Notes under the pieces: generated by a model | Seen by the model: only the letters and a program-made list of their open reading frames with translations | The model's database searches: none | Told to the model about the DNA's origin: nothing | Program-made: the position numbers and the translations under genes | From: an uncultured cyanobacterium | GTDB taxonomy: Bacteria; Cyanobacteriota; Cyanobacteriia; Cyanobacteriales; CAWUOF01 | Assembly (NCBI GenBank): GCA_963744145.1 | Contig: CAVUSO010000001.1 | Location: forward strand, 32,001-96,000 | Reading direction: 5' to 3' | DNA: 64,000 nucleotides | Shown here: piece by piece, positions 19,864 to 32,218 of the stretch | Position numbering within the stretch: the first letter of the stretch is position 1 | Layout: each line of letters opens with the position of its first letter

Positions 19864-22479
19864 CTAAAACAGCACAAAATTAGCAGCAGTGAGATTACCT
19901 GCTGACAATCCATATACCGTAGATAAAAGTTGTCCAGTGCTGGTCACTGTAATATTAGTATTAGAGCCATTACCAGTAATTGTGAGTTGATTGAAAGTTA
20001 ACCCACCCGATAGTCCCAAGAAATCTCGACCAGGTTGAAAGTTGATGATATTAGAAATACCTTTATTAATCGCAAAGGTGTCGTTACCAATTCCACCGAT
20101 TAAGGTATCATTACCCAGGTCACCACTTAAGAAATCACTTCCAGTTCCAGCATAGATAATATCGTTACCTTGACCACCAAAGATCGTGTTATTCCCAGTG
20201 CCACCATAGATGATGTCATTTCCTTGGTTACCGTAGAGTAAACTATTACCAATACCACCATAAATCCTATCTGCTCCCGACCCTCCTAAAATCGTGTCGT
20301 TACCAATTCCACCATAAATCAGGTCGTTTCCTAAGTCTCCTGACAGGTAATCATTACCTTTACCACCATAGAGAATGTCATCCCCTTGACCACCAAACAT
20401 GGTGTTGTTCCCACTACCACCATAGATGACATCATTCCCTTGATTACCGTAAAACAAACCATTCCCAATAGCACCAAACAGAGTATCACTCCCAGAACCT
20501 CCATAGATAATATCGCTCCCAGAACCTCCATAAATTAGGTCGTTTCCTAAATCTCCCGACAGATAATCATTCCCTGTACCACCAAACAGAGTATCATCAC
20601 CTTGACCACCAAACATGGTGTTATTTCCCACTCCTCCGTAGAGGAGGTCATTGTCTTGATTTCCGTAGAGTAAATTATTTCCTGAGTCTGCAAATAGGGT
20701 ATCACTTCCAGAACCACCGAGAATCGTGTCGTCTCCTTGACCACCATAGATCAGATCATTCCCTAAATCTCCCGAGAGATAATCATTCCCTTGATTCCCA
20801 TAGAGAATATCGTTCCCTTGACCACCATAAAGAATGTCATTACCTGGACCACCAAATAAGGTATCGTTACCTTGGTTTCCATAGATGACATCGTTACCAG
20901 TACCACCGTAAATTAAATCATTTCCTGCTAAGGCTAAGGCAATATTATTGCCCGTGCCCGATGGTAAAGTAGCGACATCATCATTAGAGGTGAAATAGAT
21001 GGCATTATCGATCGCGATCAAACCATAACTATAAATAATCCCATTACTAGAATTTGATTTGTTGCCAGAAAAAGTGGTATTAGTAATATTGGCAGAGCCA
21101 ACACCTTGGGATATAAATCCACCTCCTAATCCGGTAGTAATATTATTAGTAAAAGTGCTATTTTGAATAGTAAAGTTAGAGTTGTATCCGCCAATTCCAG
21201 CACCACCAGCAGTATAAGATTTATTATTGCTAATTGTGCTATTTTGAATAGTTACTAATGAAATACCAAAATAAGCTCCACCATAAGTAAATGAAGATTC
21301 ATTACTGTCGATACGACTATTAGTAATTAAAGTAGGAGTTTTTTCAACGGAAATAGCACTATTAGCAGTTTTATTATTAGTAAAAACCGAATTATTTATG
21401 GTTAAACCTGCTTGCTGATTAATATAAACGCAAGTTATACTATTATTAGTAAACGTACTACCAATTATGCTAGTCTGACCACCAGCATTACCATAAACTA
21501 CAAAATCACTACCGAAGTTGTTACTAAATATGCTGTTCGTTATAGTCAAGCTGCTTCCCGAAAGATAAATCCCACCGTTATTGTTAATAAACTGACAGTT
21601 TTGGAGATTTAATGTAATATTATTTCCACTGATAATCCCCGATTCTATCCCAGGAAAGGGAGAGGCATAACCATTAGTAATAGTCAAGTTATTAGCAGCA
21701 AAGTTGATATTCGATTGCACATTAAAAATGTTGTTAGCATTATTACCGCTCAGGGTAACTAATCCTCCCCCATCAATGGCTGTATTTGCTGCGATCGCGA
21801 TGGGACTACTCAGGGTAATCGTGACAGGTGTCCCACCGGTATTAAAGGTAACATTACCACCACCTGCTAATGCAGCTCTTAATGCTGCTTCCGTAATACT
21901 TTGTGGTGTCCCATTACCGACTATACCAGCAGCGACAAATTGATATTGTTTTCGGGTTGCTAATGTAAAAGCTAAGGGGGATTTAATTTTACCAATTCTG
22001 AATCCTAAATCCCAATTACCACCTTGGTCTGCACTACCTGTTAAATTAGTAGAAGCGGCAATATTTGTTTGGGTTATTTCCCTTAACTGTTGAATGAATG
22101 CGACACCTTTTCCCGCCGCAACATTACAACCATAAAGTAAAATATCTGCATCTGGGGTGAGATATTTGTGCCACTGTTGTAGGTAAGGGTAATATGGTGG
22201 TAAAGTGTCTGAATTCAGTTGAATATTGCCCAAATAAATACATCCAGGACTACCATGAGAAAAAATATGAACTGTTGCTAGTTTTCCCGAACAATTAGCA
22301 AATTTTTCGATTTCTGTGGTAATTTGCTCAATGCCATTGCGATCGCGCTCTAGCACAATTACCTTAATATTTGGTAATACTCCTTGAACTAGAAACCCAA
22401 TGTCATCTACTCCTGAATCGATGAATAGAAGCGATCGGGATTGATGGATTTGCTCAGAATACTTGGACTTCAACAGCAT
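19864..22479 (-). CDS. DUF4347 + beta-helix + RTX Ca-binding repeat surface protein, copy 1
   Basis: [24 protein letters not shown] (DUF4347); Asn/Thr-rich beta-helix; many GGxGND nonapeptides. Confidence 0.9.
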   Translation of the reverse strand: MLLKSKYSEQIHQSRSLLFIDSGVDDIGFLVQGVLPNIKVIVLERDRNGIEQITTEIEKFANCSGKLATVHIFSHGSPGCIYLGNIQLNSDTLPPYYPYLQQWHKYLTPDADILLYGCNVAAGKGVAFIQQLREITQTNIAASTNLTGSADQGGNWDLGFRIGKIKSPLAFTLATRKQYQFVAAGIVGNGTPQSITEAALRAALAGGGNVTFNTGGTPVTITLSSPIAIAANTAIDGGGLVTLSGNNANNIFNVQSNINFAANNLTITNGYASPFPGIESGIISGNNITLNLQNCQFINNNGGIYLSGSSLTITNSIFSNNFGSDFVVYGNAGGQTSIIGSTFTNNSITCVYINQQAGLTINNSVFTNNKTANSAISVEKTPTLITNSRIDSNESSFTYGGAYFGISLVTIQNSTISNNKSYTAGGAGIGGYNSNFTIQNSTFTNNITTGLGGGFISQGVGSANITNTTFSGNKSNSSNGIIYSYGLIAIDNAIYFTSNDDVATLPSGTGNNIALALAGNDLIYGGTGNDVIYGNQGNDTLFGGPGNDILYGGQGNDILYGNQGNDYLSGDLGNDLIYGGQGDDTILGGSGSDTLFADSGNNLLYGNQDNDLLYGGVGNNTMFGGQGDDTLFGGTGNDYLSGDLGNDLIYGGSGSDIIYGGSGSDTLFGAIGNGLFYGNQGNDVIYGGSGNNTMFGGQGDDILYGGKGNDYLSGDLGNDLIYGGIGNDTILGGSGADRIYGGIGNSLLYGNQGNDIIYGGTGNNTIFGGQGNDIIYAGTGSDFLSGDLGNDTLIGGIGNDTFAINKGISNIINFQPGRDFLGLSGGLTFNQLTITGNGSNTNITVTSTGQLLSTVYGLSAGNLTAANFVLF

Positions 22480-22685
22480 ACTGGATTACCCCCATTAAAT
22501 CTTGCTATTATTACTTTTTTAAAATTATGGTACCAAAATTTCCAGGAATGAACCCTGATTAGCGAATATCCGGCTTTATGGTCAGAAGTCCACTATTGGC
22601 TAATTGCTGGACTCGCGCGATCGCGCTTCGGGCAAAAGTGCTAAACTAGAAACAATAATTCGAGGAAATCGCTAGGGAGGTTGAG

Positions 22686-22937
22686 TTGATGAGTCCGTTA
22701 CTACAACAGGTGTTGCAAGAAATTAATCAATTGACAATAGAAGAACAATTTGAGGTACTTAATCACACGACAGAACAATTGAAACGTCGGGCTGTTACCC
22801 AAAATAAATCTAAAAGAAGTTGGCGAGAGTTACGTGGGATTACTTCTAATTTATTAGAAAGTCAGGATGCTCAGGAATGGATCAATCAATTACGCAGTGA
22901 ATGGGATAAACGAGAAAAAGGAATTTTTGAGGGGTGA
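22686..22937 (+). CDS. Putative antitoxin upstream of PIN toxin
   Basis: Small ORF (W.ELRG...DAQEWI.QLR.EW) overlapping the PIN gene by 4 nt. Confidence 0.75.
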   Translation: MMSPLLQQVLQEINQLTIEEQFEVLNHTTEQLKRRAVTQNKSKRSWRELRGITSNLLESQDAQEWINQLRSEWDKREKGIFEG

Positions 22938-23383
22938 TGAAACTTGAGGTCGCATTTCAACAAGTGAATCGGCTTTTTATTGATTCTGCCCCAGTAATTT
23001 ATTACGTCGATATGAGCGCGATTTATTTTCCAATTATGGATGGTATCTTTGATTGGATTGAGTCGAGGTTAATTCGTCTAGTAACATCTCCAGTTACCTT
23101 GACTGAATGTTTAGTCTTACCAATCCGTCAAAATCATCGATCTCAACAACAATTGTTTATCGATATTATTACATCTCAAGACACGGCTGATTTTGTTGAG
23201 ATTACTTCAACTATTGCCACAAATGCTGCCGAAATTCGGGCAAGATATAATCTACAATTACCTGATGCTTTCCAAATTGCAACAGCATTAGAAACCAACT
23301 GTGAGGCGTTTTTGACTAATGATGTTCAACTAAAACGAGTTACCGAGTTAAGGGTTTTAGTAGTAGGTGAGTTAGAATTGTGA
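22934..23383 (+). CDS. PIN-domain (VapC-type) toxin
   Basis: LFIDSAPVIYY, TLTECL, LPDAFQIATA, FLTND acidic PIN residues. Confidence 0.9.
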   Translation: MMKLEVAFQQVNRLFIDSAPVIYYVDMSAIYFPIMDGIFDWIESRLIRLVTSPVTLTECLVLPIRQNHRSQQQLFIDIITSQDTADFVEITSTIATNAAEIRARYNLQLPDAFQIATALETNCEAFLTNDVQLKRVTELRVLVVGELEL

Positions 23384-23477
23384 TTAGTCTATCACCTATT
23401 TATGAAATCCGGATATTCAAGTTTGCCGATCGCTACCAAGACTAATCACCAGAATGAATCCCCAAAAAACCTAACTC

Positions 23478-23728
23478 TAATTTTTCTTTCTCAACAGCAA
23501 TTATACAATTTTTTAATTCCCTAGATATTTTTTATAATACCAGTAAAGAAAATATAGAAAATTATATAGCCCACCGGATAAGTTTCTCTCTTGTGAGTGA
23601 ATGAATCTCTCTTGTGAGCATATAATATGATCCGGTGCAGCATGAAAACATTGATATAGCGTTGTTTTAGCGTTTATACGGTGTATACAATATTTTTATC
23701 CAACCGATTGACAGGTATCAAATGAGCG
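23478..23728 (+). repeat. ~250-bp non-coding element, copy A (inverted homolog at 32219-32482)
   Basis: Blocks TAATTTTTCTTTCTCAA, TATAATACCAG.AAAGAAAATATAGAAAATT, TGAAAACATTGATAT, ATTGACA...ATCAAATGAGC shared with the reverse complement of copy B. Confidence 0.8.
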
Positions 23729-23736
23729 GATCAAAC

Positions 23737-25408
23737 CTAAAACAGCACAAAATTAGCAGCAGTGAGATTACTGGCTGACAATCCATAGACCGTAGATAAA
23801 AGTTGTCCAGTAGCCGTGAGGGTAATATTAGTATTAGAGCCATTACCAGTAATTGCGAGTTGATTGAAAGTTAACCCACCCGATAATCCCAAGAAATCTC
23901 GACCGGGTTGAAAATTGATGATATTAGAAATACCTTTATTAATCGCAAAGGTGTCATTACCGATCCCACCGATTAAGGTATCATTACCTAAGTCACCACT
24001 CAAGAAATCACTTCCAGTTCCAGCATAGATAATATCGTTACCTTGACCACCAAAGATAGTGTTATTCCCAGTGCCACCATAGATGATGTCATTCCCTTGA
24101 TTCCCATAGAGTAAACTCTTACCGGAGCCACCATAAATCGTATCAGCTCCAGAACCACCATAAATGATATCGTTACCAATTCCACCATAGATCAGGTCGT
24201 TTCCTAAATCTCCTGACAGATAATCATTACCTGTACCACCAAAGATAGTGTCATCACCTTTCCCACCAAACATGGTGTTATTCCCCACACCACCATAAAG
24301 AATGTCATTTCCTTGGTTACCGTAAAGTAAATTATCGCCTGAATCACCAAACAGTGAATCGTTACCTTGACCTCCTAAAATGGTGTCATTCCCTTGACCT
24401 CCATAAATCAAATCATTGCCTAAATCTCCAGATAAATAATCATTACCCTGATTTCCATAGAGAATGTCATCACCTTGACCACTATAATTATTACTAGTGA
24501 ATCTACTGTTAATTATAGTATTACCAGTAAATGTACTATTAATTATAGTATTATTACCATTAAACCCCAAAGATACGGGACTATTGGATTGGCTATTTGT
24601 GTTGTTGTTAATAAATTGACTGTTGATAATTTGATTATTAGGATATTCACTACAGGAAATTACATTAGTATTGTTATTTAATTGACAATTTTGTAAAGTT
24701 AATGCGCTATTATTTCCAGTTACAATACTATTAATACTATTAGTAATAGTAATGTTACTAGCCTCAAAGTTTACGCTGGGCTGAACGTTAAAAACTCCGT
24801 GAGCATTATTACCACTTAGGGTAACTAATCCTCCCCCATCAATAGTGGTATTTGCCGCGATCGCTAATTCACTCCCAAGGGTAATAGTTACAGGTGTCCC
24901 ACCACTATTAAAAGTTACATTACCACCACCTACTAATGCAGGGTTGTTAATGTAAAAGCTAAGGGGGATTTAATTTTACCGATTCTGAATCCTAAATCCC
25001 AATTACCACCTTGGTCTGCACTACCTGTTAAATTAGTAGATGCGGCAAGATTTGCTTGGGTTAATTCACTTAACTGTTTAACAAATGCTGCACCGTTGAC
25101 CGATGCTACATTGCAACCATAAAGTAAAATATCTGCATCTGGGGTGAGATATTTGTGCCACTGTTGTAGGTAAGGGTAATATTGTGGTAAAGTGTCTGAA
25201 TTCAGTTGAATATTGCCCAAGTAGAGACATCCGGGACTACCATGAGAAAAAATATGAACTGCTGCTAGTTTTCCCGAACCAGTAGTAAATTTTTTAATTT
25301 CTATGGTAATTTGCTCAATGCCATTGCGATCGCGCTCTAGTACAATTACCTTAATATTTGGTAATACTCCCTGAGCAAGAAACTCAATATCATCTACTCC
25401 TGAATCGA
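23737..25408 (-). pseudogene. DUF4347/beta-helix/RTX gene, copy 2 (disrupted)
   Basis: 5' end missing at ~25408; deletion with frameshift near 24941 (DUF4347 frame stops at 24933); beta-helix/RTX frame open ~24940-23737. Confidence 0.85.
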
Positions 25409-25411
25409 TTT

Positions 25412-26648
25412 ATGTTGGATGCAAAATCACTATTTGACGAAAGTTATTATGATACCGCTAATCCAGATGTAGCGAGTGCGATCGCGAAAGGACAAATAAC
25501 AAGTGGATGGCAGCATTTCCAGTTATTTGGAGACAAGGAAGGGCGAAATCCCAGCGCTTTCTTTAATACACAATTTTATCTTTCTGAATATAACGATGTA
25601 GCTAATGCAGTTAAGCAAGGTTATACAACCGCGTTCGATCATTATATTGCCAATGGACAAAAAGAAGGTCGTGACGGTAGTGTTTTATTTGATGATAATT
25701 ATTATTTAAGCCATAACGCCGATGTCCAATCAGCAGTTACCAGCTCGGCTAGTTCGGTAGATCCATTAACAGGAATTCAACATTATATTCAATTTGGTCT
25801 AAAGGAAGGGCGGGCAGGTTCAATTGAATTTGACCCTACTTACTATATAAATAATAATGCTGATTTAAAAGCAGATAACCTTACCAATTATCAAGCAGCG
25901 GAACATTTTGTCCTGAATGGAGAAAACGAAGGACGTTCGAGCGTCTTCAGCTTTTGATGTGCAATATTACTTAAATAACAATGCGGATTTAAAAACGGCT
26001 AGATTAAGCTATCAGCAAGCATTTCAACATTATGTTACTAATGGCTTAAAAGAAGAACGGGTGGCTAGAGCTGGACTGATTAATGCTGGAAGTAACAATG
26101 ATCAAATTAACATGAGTTTACAAATATTCAGTAGTAATAAAACACCCAATGTAGTGATTTATAGTGTTAATTCGCCCCATGCGCTAGTTCCTGGTTCCAA
26201 TTATGTTGGATTTCCTGGTCCCAATTTCAGTTATATAGTAGCACCTGGAGTTGGTATTCCAGCCATACAAGCCACTTGGACTTCTGTTAATACTGATGGT
26301 GTTTATACTGTCACCAATAATACTGACACTCCGATTCATAACTTAAGTTTTTATAATTCTTATTATCCCATAGGAAGATTTGCCAATGGTTTTAGTCTGT
26401 CTGATGCGGGAGGTATTAATGCTTCTGGTCAAAATGATTTTAAACCAACCGATGTAGCTGGTAGTATATCTGATATTTTTGGGATCATACAGTACGATCC
26501 TTATTATGGTAACGGCGAATTAAATTTTATCAGTGGTAATAAAACTGGACTTCTACCCCATCAGTCAATGGACATCGTTTTTCACTTTACTGTTCCTCAA
26601 GATTTATCCATAAATCATCCAGTAATTATACTAACTACACCCAGCTAG
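25412..26648 (+). pseudogene. FD..YY...N.DV-repeat surface protein, split by a frameshift near 25935
   Basis: Repeated FDxxYYxxxNxDV...HY...G.KEGR units continue from the first ORF into the overlapping second ORF; may be a sequencing error. Confidence 0.7.
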
Positions 26649-26761
26649 TATGATTGACTATTAAAACCTTTCTTGATTATTTTCTGAGTGGGGAGGGAGC
26701 GCGATCGCCGGAGTGAAACTATCCAGAGCCTAACATTTAATCACAACATTGCCAAGAGTAC

Positions 26762-29554
26762 CTAAAACAGCACAAAATTAGCAGCAGTGAGATTACTGGC
26801 TGACAATCCATATACCGTAGATAAAAGTTGTCCAGTCGCAGTGATAGTAATGTTAGTATTAGAGCCATTACCAGTAATTGTGAGTTGATTGAAAGTTAAC
26901 CCACCCGATAATCCTAAGAAATCTCGACCGGGTTGAAAATTGATGATATTAGAAATACCTTTATTAATCGCAAAGGTGTCGTTACCGATCCCACCAATTA
27001 AGGTATCATTACCCAGGTCACCACTCAAGAAATCACTCCCAGTACCAGCATAAATAATATCGTTACCTTGACCACCAAACATAGTGTTATTCCCAGTACC
27101 ACCATAGATGATGTCATTTCCTTGATTCCCATAGAATAAACTATTCCCAACACCACCAAACAGAGTATCGCTTCCAGAACCACCATAAATGATATCGTTC
27201 CCAGAACCACCATAAATTAGGTCATTTCCTAAATCTCCGGACAGATAATCATTCCCTGTACCACCAACGATAGTGTCATCACCTTTCCCACCAAACATGG
27301 TATTATTTCCCACTCCTCCATAAAGGAGATCGTTGTCTTGATTTCCGTAGAGTAAATTATTTCCTGAGTCACCAAACAAAGTATCACTTCCAGAACCACC
27401 GAGAATCGTGTCGTTTCCTTGACCACCATAGATCAAATCATTCCCTAAATCTCCCGACAGATAATCATTCCCTTGATTCCCATAGAGAATATCGTTACCT
27501 TGACCACCAAATATAGTGTTATTACCAGTGCCACCATAGATGAGGTCATTCCCTTGATTCCCATAAAGTAAACTTTGACCGAAGCCACCATAAATCGTAT
27601 CTGTTCCAGACCCTCCTAAAATCGTGTCGTTGCCAATTCCACCATAAATCAGGTCGTTTCCTAAGTCTCCTGAGAGGTAATCATTCCCTGTACCACCAAC
27701 GAGAGTGTCATCACCTTGACCACCAAACATGGTGTTATTTCCTACTCCTCCGTAGAGGGTATCATTTCCAGAGCCACCGAGAATTGTGTCGTTTCCTTGA
27801 CCAGCATAAATTAGATCATTCCCTAAGTCTCCCGAGAGATAGTCATTACCTTGATTCCCATAGAGAATATCGTTTCCTTGACCACCATAAAGAATGTCAT
27901 TACCTAGACCACCAAATAAGGTATCGTTACCTTGGTTTCCATAGATGACATCGTTACTACTACCACCGTAAATTAAATCATTTCCTGCTAAAGCTAAGGC
28001 AATATTATTATTCGTGCCCGATGGTAAAGTAGCGACATCATCATTAGAGGTGAAATAGATAGCATTATCGATCGCGATCCAGCCATAAGGAGACATAATA
28101 CTAGAATTTGATTTGTTGCCAGAAAAAGTGGTATTAGTAATATTGGCAGAGCCAAGACCTTGGGATAGAAATCCACCTCCTAATCCGGCGGTAGTAATAT
28201 TATTAGTAAAAGTGCTATTTTGAATAGTAAAATTAGAGTTGTCTCCGCCAATTCCACCACCACCAGCAGTATCAATTCCACCACCACCAGCATAAGATAT
28301 ATTATTGCTAATTGTGCTATTTTGAATAGTTACTAATGGACTACCGGCAAAATTAGCTCCGCCAGGACTAAATGAAGATTGATTACTGTCGATAAGACTA
28401 TTAGTAATTAAAGTAGGAGTTTCATCGACTTCAATAGCACTACCAGCAGTTTTATTATTAGTAAAAACCGAATTATTTATGGTTAAACCTGCTTGCTGCA
28501 CTATATAAACGCAAGGTATACTATTATTATTAAACCTACTACCAATTATGCTAGTCTGACCACCAGCATTACCATAAACTACAAAACTATTACCGAAGTT
28601 GTTACTAAATATGCTGTTCGTTATAGTCAAGCTGCTTCCCGAAAGGTAAATCCCACCGTTATTGTTAATAAACTGACAGTTTTGGAGATTTAATGTAATA
28701 CTATTTCCACTGATAATTCCCGATCCTACCCCAAGAGGGGCATAACCATTAGTAATAGTCAAGTTATTAGCAGCAAAGTTGATATTCGATTGCACATTAA
28801 AAATGTTGTTAGCATTATTACCGCTCAGGGTAACTAATCCTCCCCCATCAATAGTGGTGTTAGCTGCGATCGCGATGGGACTACTCAGGGTAATCGTGAC
28901 AGGTGTCCCACCCGTATTAAAGGTAACATTACCACCACCTGCTAATGCAGCTCTTAATGCTGCTTCTGTAATACTTTGTGGTGTCCCATTACCGACTATA
29001 CCAGCAGCGACAAATTGATATTGTTTTCGGGTTGTTAATGTAAAAGCTAAGGGGGATTTAATTTTACCGATTCTGAATCCTAAATCCCAATTACCACCTT
29101 GGTCTGCACTACCTGTTAAATTAGTAGATGCGGCAATATTTGTTTGGGTTATTTCACTTAACTGTTGAATGAATGCGACACCTTTTCCCGCCGCAACATT
29201 ACAACCATAAAGTAAAATATCTGCATCTGGGGTGAGATATTTGTGCCACTTTTGTAGGTAAGGGTAATATGGTGGTAAAGTGTCTGAATTCAGTTGAATA
29301 TTGCCCAAATAAATACATCCAGGACTACCATGAGAAAAAATATGAACTGTTGCTAGTTTTCCCGAACAATTAGCAAATTTTTCGATTTCTGTGGTAATTT
29401 GCTCAATTCCGTTGCGATCGCGCTCCAGTACAATTACCTTAATATTTGGTAATACTCCTTGAACTAGAAACCCAATGTCATCTACTCCTGAATCGATGAA
29501 TAGGAGCGATCGGGATTGATGGATTTGCTGAGAATATTTGGACTTCAACAGCAT
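26762..29554 (-). CDS. DUF4347 + beta-helix + RTX surface protein, copy 3
   Basis: Near-identical N-terminus and 5' flank to copy 1; more RTX repeats. Confidence 0.9.
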   Translation of the reverse strand: MLLKSKYSQQIHQSRSLLFIDSGVDDIGFLVQGVLPNIKVIVLERDRNGIEQITTEIEKFANCSGKLATVHIFSHGSPGCIYLGNIQLNSDTLPPYYPYLQKWHKYLTPDADILLYGCNVAAGKGVAFIQQLSEITQTNIAASTNLTGSADQGGNWDLGFRIGKIKSPLAFTLTTRKQYQFVAAGIVGNGTPQSITEAALRAALAGGGNVTFNTGGTPVTITLSSPIAIAANTTIDGGGLVTLSGNNANNIFNVQSNINFAANNLTITNGYAPLGVGSGIISGNSITLNLQNCQFINNNGGIYLSGSSLTITNSIFSNNFGNSFVVYGNAGGQTSIIGSRFNNNSIPCVYIVQQAGLTINNSVFTNNKTAGSAIEVDETPTLITNSLIDSNQSSFSPGGANFAGSPLVTIQNSTISNNISYAGGGGIDTAGGGGIGGDNSNFTIQNSTFTNNITTAGLGGGFLSQGLGSANITNTTFSGNKSNSSIMSPYGWIAIDNAIYFTSNDDVATLPSGTNNNIALALAGNDLIYGGSSNDVIYGNQGNDTLFGGLGNDILYGGQGNDILYGNQGNDYLSGDLGNDLIYAGQGNDTILGGSGNDTLYGGVGNNTMFGGQGDDTLVGGTGNDYLSGDLGNDLIYGGIGNDTILGGSGTDTIYGGFGQSLLYGNQGNDLIYGGTGNNTIFGGQGNDILYGNQGNDYLSGDLGNDLIYGGQGNDTILGGSGSDTLFGDSGNNLLYGNQDNDLLYGGVGNNTMFGGKGDDTIVGGTGNDYLSGDLGNDLIYGGSGNDIIYGGSGSDTLFGGVGNSLFYGNQGNDIIYGGTGNNTMFGGQGNDIIYAGTGSDFLSGDLGNDTLIGGIGNDTFAINKGISNIINFQPGRDFLGLSGGLTFNQLTITGNGSNTNITITATGQLLSTVYGLSASNLTAANFVLF

Positions 29555-29750
29555 ACTGGATTACCCCCATTAAATCTTGCTATGATTACTTTTTTAAAAT
29601 TATGGCACCAAAATTTCCAGGAATGAACCCTGATTAGCGAATATCCGGCTTGATGGTCAGAAGTCCACTATGGGCTAATTGCTGGACTCGCGCGATCGCC
29701 GGAGTGAAACGATTGAGCCTAATATTTAATCAGAACATTGCCAACAGTAC

Positions 29751-32030
29751 CTAAAACAGCACAAAATTAGCAGCAGTTAGATTACTGGCTGACAATCCAT
29801 ATATTGTAGATAAAAGTTGTCCAGTCGCGGTGACAGTAATATTAGTATTAGAGCCATTACCAGTAATTGTGAGTTGATTGAAAGTTAACCCACCCGATAG
29901 TCCCAAGAAATCTCGACCGGGTTGAAAATTGATGATATTAGAAACACCTTTATTAATCGCAAAGGTGTCATTACCAATCCCACCGATTAAGGTATCATTA
30001 CCCAGGTCACCACTCAAGAAATCACTTCCAGTTCCAGCATAGATAATATCGTTACCTTGACCACCAAAGATAGTATTATTACCAGTACCACCATAGATGA
30101 CATCATTACCTTGATTACCGTAGAGTAAACTATTACCGGAACCACCATAAATCGTATCTGCTCCCGACCCTCCTAAAATCTTGTCGTTACCAATTCCACC
30201 ATAAATCAAGTCGTTTCCTAAGTCTCCTGACAGGTAATCATTCCCTGTACCACCAACGAGAGTGTCATCACCTTTCCCACCAAACATGGTGTTATTTCCT
30301 ACTCCTCCATAGAGGATGTCATTGTCTTGATTTCCGTAGAGGAAATTATTTCCTGAGTCTGCAAATAGGGTATCGCTTCCAGAACCACCGAGAATGGTGT
30401 CGTTCCCTTGACCACCATAGATCAGGTCATTCCCTAAGTCTCCAGATAGATAGTCATTCCCTTGATTCCCATAGAGAATATCGTTCCCTTGACCACCATA
30501 AAGAATGTCATTACCTAGACCACCAAATAAGGTATCGTTACCTTGATTTCCATAGATGACATCGTTACCATTACCACCGTAAATTAAATCATTTCCTGCT
30601 AAAGGAAAGGCAATATTAATTCCGGATGGTAAGGTGGCTACATCATCATTAGCGGTGAAATAGATGGCATTATCGATCGCCACGGTGTTACCATAAACCC
30701 CATTACTATAAATCCCATTACTAAAAGTTGATTGGTTGCCAGAAAAAGTAGTATTAGTAATATTGAGAGAGGTAGGATTTATCAATTGCAATCCACCTCC
30801 TTGATTAGTAGTAGTATTATTAGTAATAGTGCTATTTTGAATAGTCACGTTATTATTATTGTATCCGTAAATTCCACCACTAGCACTGGAACTTGAATTA
30901 TTAGTAATGGTAGTATTTTGAATAGTTACTGCTCCCTGATTGAAACTCGTTGGACCGACGTAACCGTGATTACTATCGATGCGACTATTAGTAATTAAAG
31001 TATTAGTTTTATAGGTATCTATTATGCTACTATTAAGAGCAAAATTGTTGGTAAATACAGAATTATTAATGGTTAAACTTGATTGCTGGTCAGTAGCAAT
31101 GCAGCAATAATTATTAGTAAATGTACTATTAATAATGCTAGTCTGACCACCACCACTACTAGCAATTAATGGCAGGTTATAGTCAATGCGATTGTTAATA
31201 AGCTGACAGTTTTGAATTGTAAAATTATTGCCACCGATAAAACCACGGGAATTAGTAATAGTCAGATTGTTAGCAGTAAAATTGATGTTTGATTGCACAG
31301 AAAAAATAAAGTCCGCATTATTACTTAAGGTAACTAATCCACCCCCATCAATGGTTGTATTAGCCGCGATCGCGATCTTACTCAGAGTAAGAGTTACAGG
31401 TGCTCCACCACTATTAAAAGTTACATTACCACCACCTACTAATGCAGCTCGTAATGCTGCTTCGGTGATACTTTGTGGTGTCCCATTCCCAACTACACCA
31501 GCAGCGACAAATTGATATTGTTTTCTGGTTGCTAATGTAAAAGCTAAAGGGGATTTAACTTTACCTATTCTTAACCCTAAATCCCAATTACCACCTTGGT
31601 CTGCACTACCTGTTAAATTAGTAGAAGCAGCGATATTTGTTTGGGTTATTTCACTGAGCTTTTTTACAAATGCTCTACCTATTCCTTGTCCTATTTTACA
31701 ACCATAAAGGAATAGCTCTCCATGGTTAACCAGATAATTTTGCCAACTACTTAAGTATAGATAGTATTTAGTTAATGTGTCTAAAGTAAGTTCAGTATTA
31801 CCTAAATAAATACAACCAGGACTACCGTGGGAAAAAATATGGAGTGAGGTGACTTTTCCTTGAGTATGAGCAAAGTTGGCTAATTCCCGAGTAATTTGCT
31901 CGATCCCATCTTGGTGACGATCGAGAATAATCACAGAAGTGTTGGGTAAAATCCCTGTAGCTAGAACGGGAATATCATCGATCGCACCATCAATGAATAA
32001 TAGCGATCGGGAATTAATGAGGTTAATCAT
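29751..32030 (-). CDS. DUF4347 + beta-helix + RTX surface protein, copy 4
   Basis: Same architecture and C-terminal [11 protein letters not shown]; divergent beta-helix. Confidence 0.9.
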   Translation of the reverse strand: MINLINSRSLLFIDGAIDDIPVLATGILPNTSVIILDRHQDGIEQITRELANFAHTQGKVTSLHIFSHGSPGCIYLGNTELTLDTLTKYYLYLSSWQNYLVNHGELFLYGCKIGQGIGRAFVKKLSEITQTNIAASTNLTGSADQGGNWDLGLRIGKVKSPLAFTLATRKQYQFVAAGVVGNGTPQSITEAALRAALVGGGNVTFNSGGAPVTLTLSKIAIAANTTIDGGGLVTLSNNADFIFSVQSNINFTANNLTITNSRGFIGGNNFTIQNCQLINNRIDYNLPLIASSGGGQTSIINSTFTNNYCCIATDQQSSLTINNSVFTNNFALNSSIIDTYKTNTLITNSRIDSNHGYVGPTSFNQGAVTIQNTTITNNSSSSASGGIYGYNNNNVTIQNSTITNNTTTNQGGGLQLINPTSLNITNTTFSGNQSTFSNGIYSNGVYGNTVAIDNAIYFTANDDVATLPSGINIAFPLAGNDLIYGGNGNDVIYGNQGNDTLFGGLGNDILYGGQGNDILYGNQGNDYLSGDLGNDLIYGGQGNDTILGGSGSDTLFADSGNNFLYGNQDNDILYGGVGNNTMFGGKGDDTLVGGTGNDYLSGDLGNDLIYGGIGNDKILGGSGADTIYGGSGNSLLYGNQGNDVIYGGTGNNTIFGGQGNDIIYAGTGSDFLSGDLGNDTLIGGIGNDTFAINKGVSNIINFQPGRDFLGLSGGLTFNQLTITGNGSNTNITVTATGQLLSTIYGLSASNLTAANFVLF

Positions 32031-32218
32031 CTATTAAAAGTCGTTGTAGTAGTGGGGAGGGAGCGCGATCGGGTTGGAGAATTCAAGGATTAGGAGTGAG
32101 TCTATCATTTAATCACAACATTTACAGCAGCAACTAAAAGATCACAAAATCTGTAATAGTCATTATTCTACCATCACAAAAGGAGAAATATCGGTGTAAA
32201 AAGTCGCGATAATTTATA

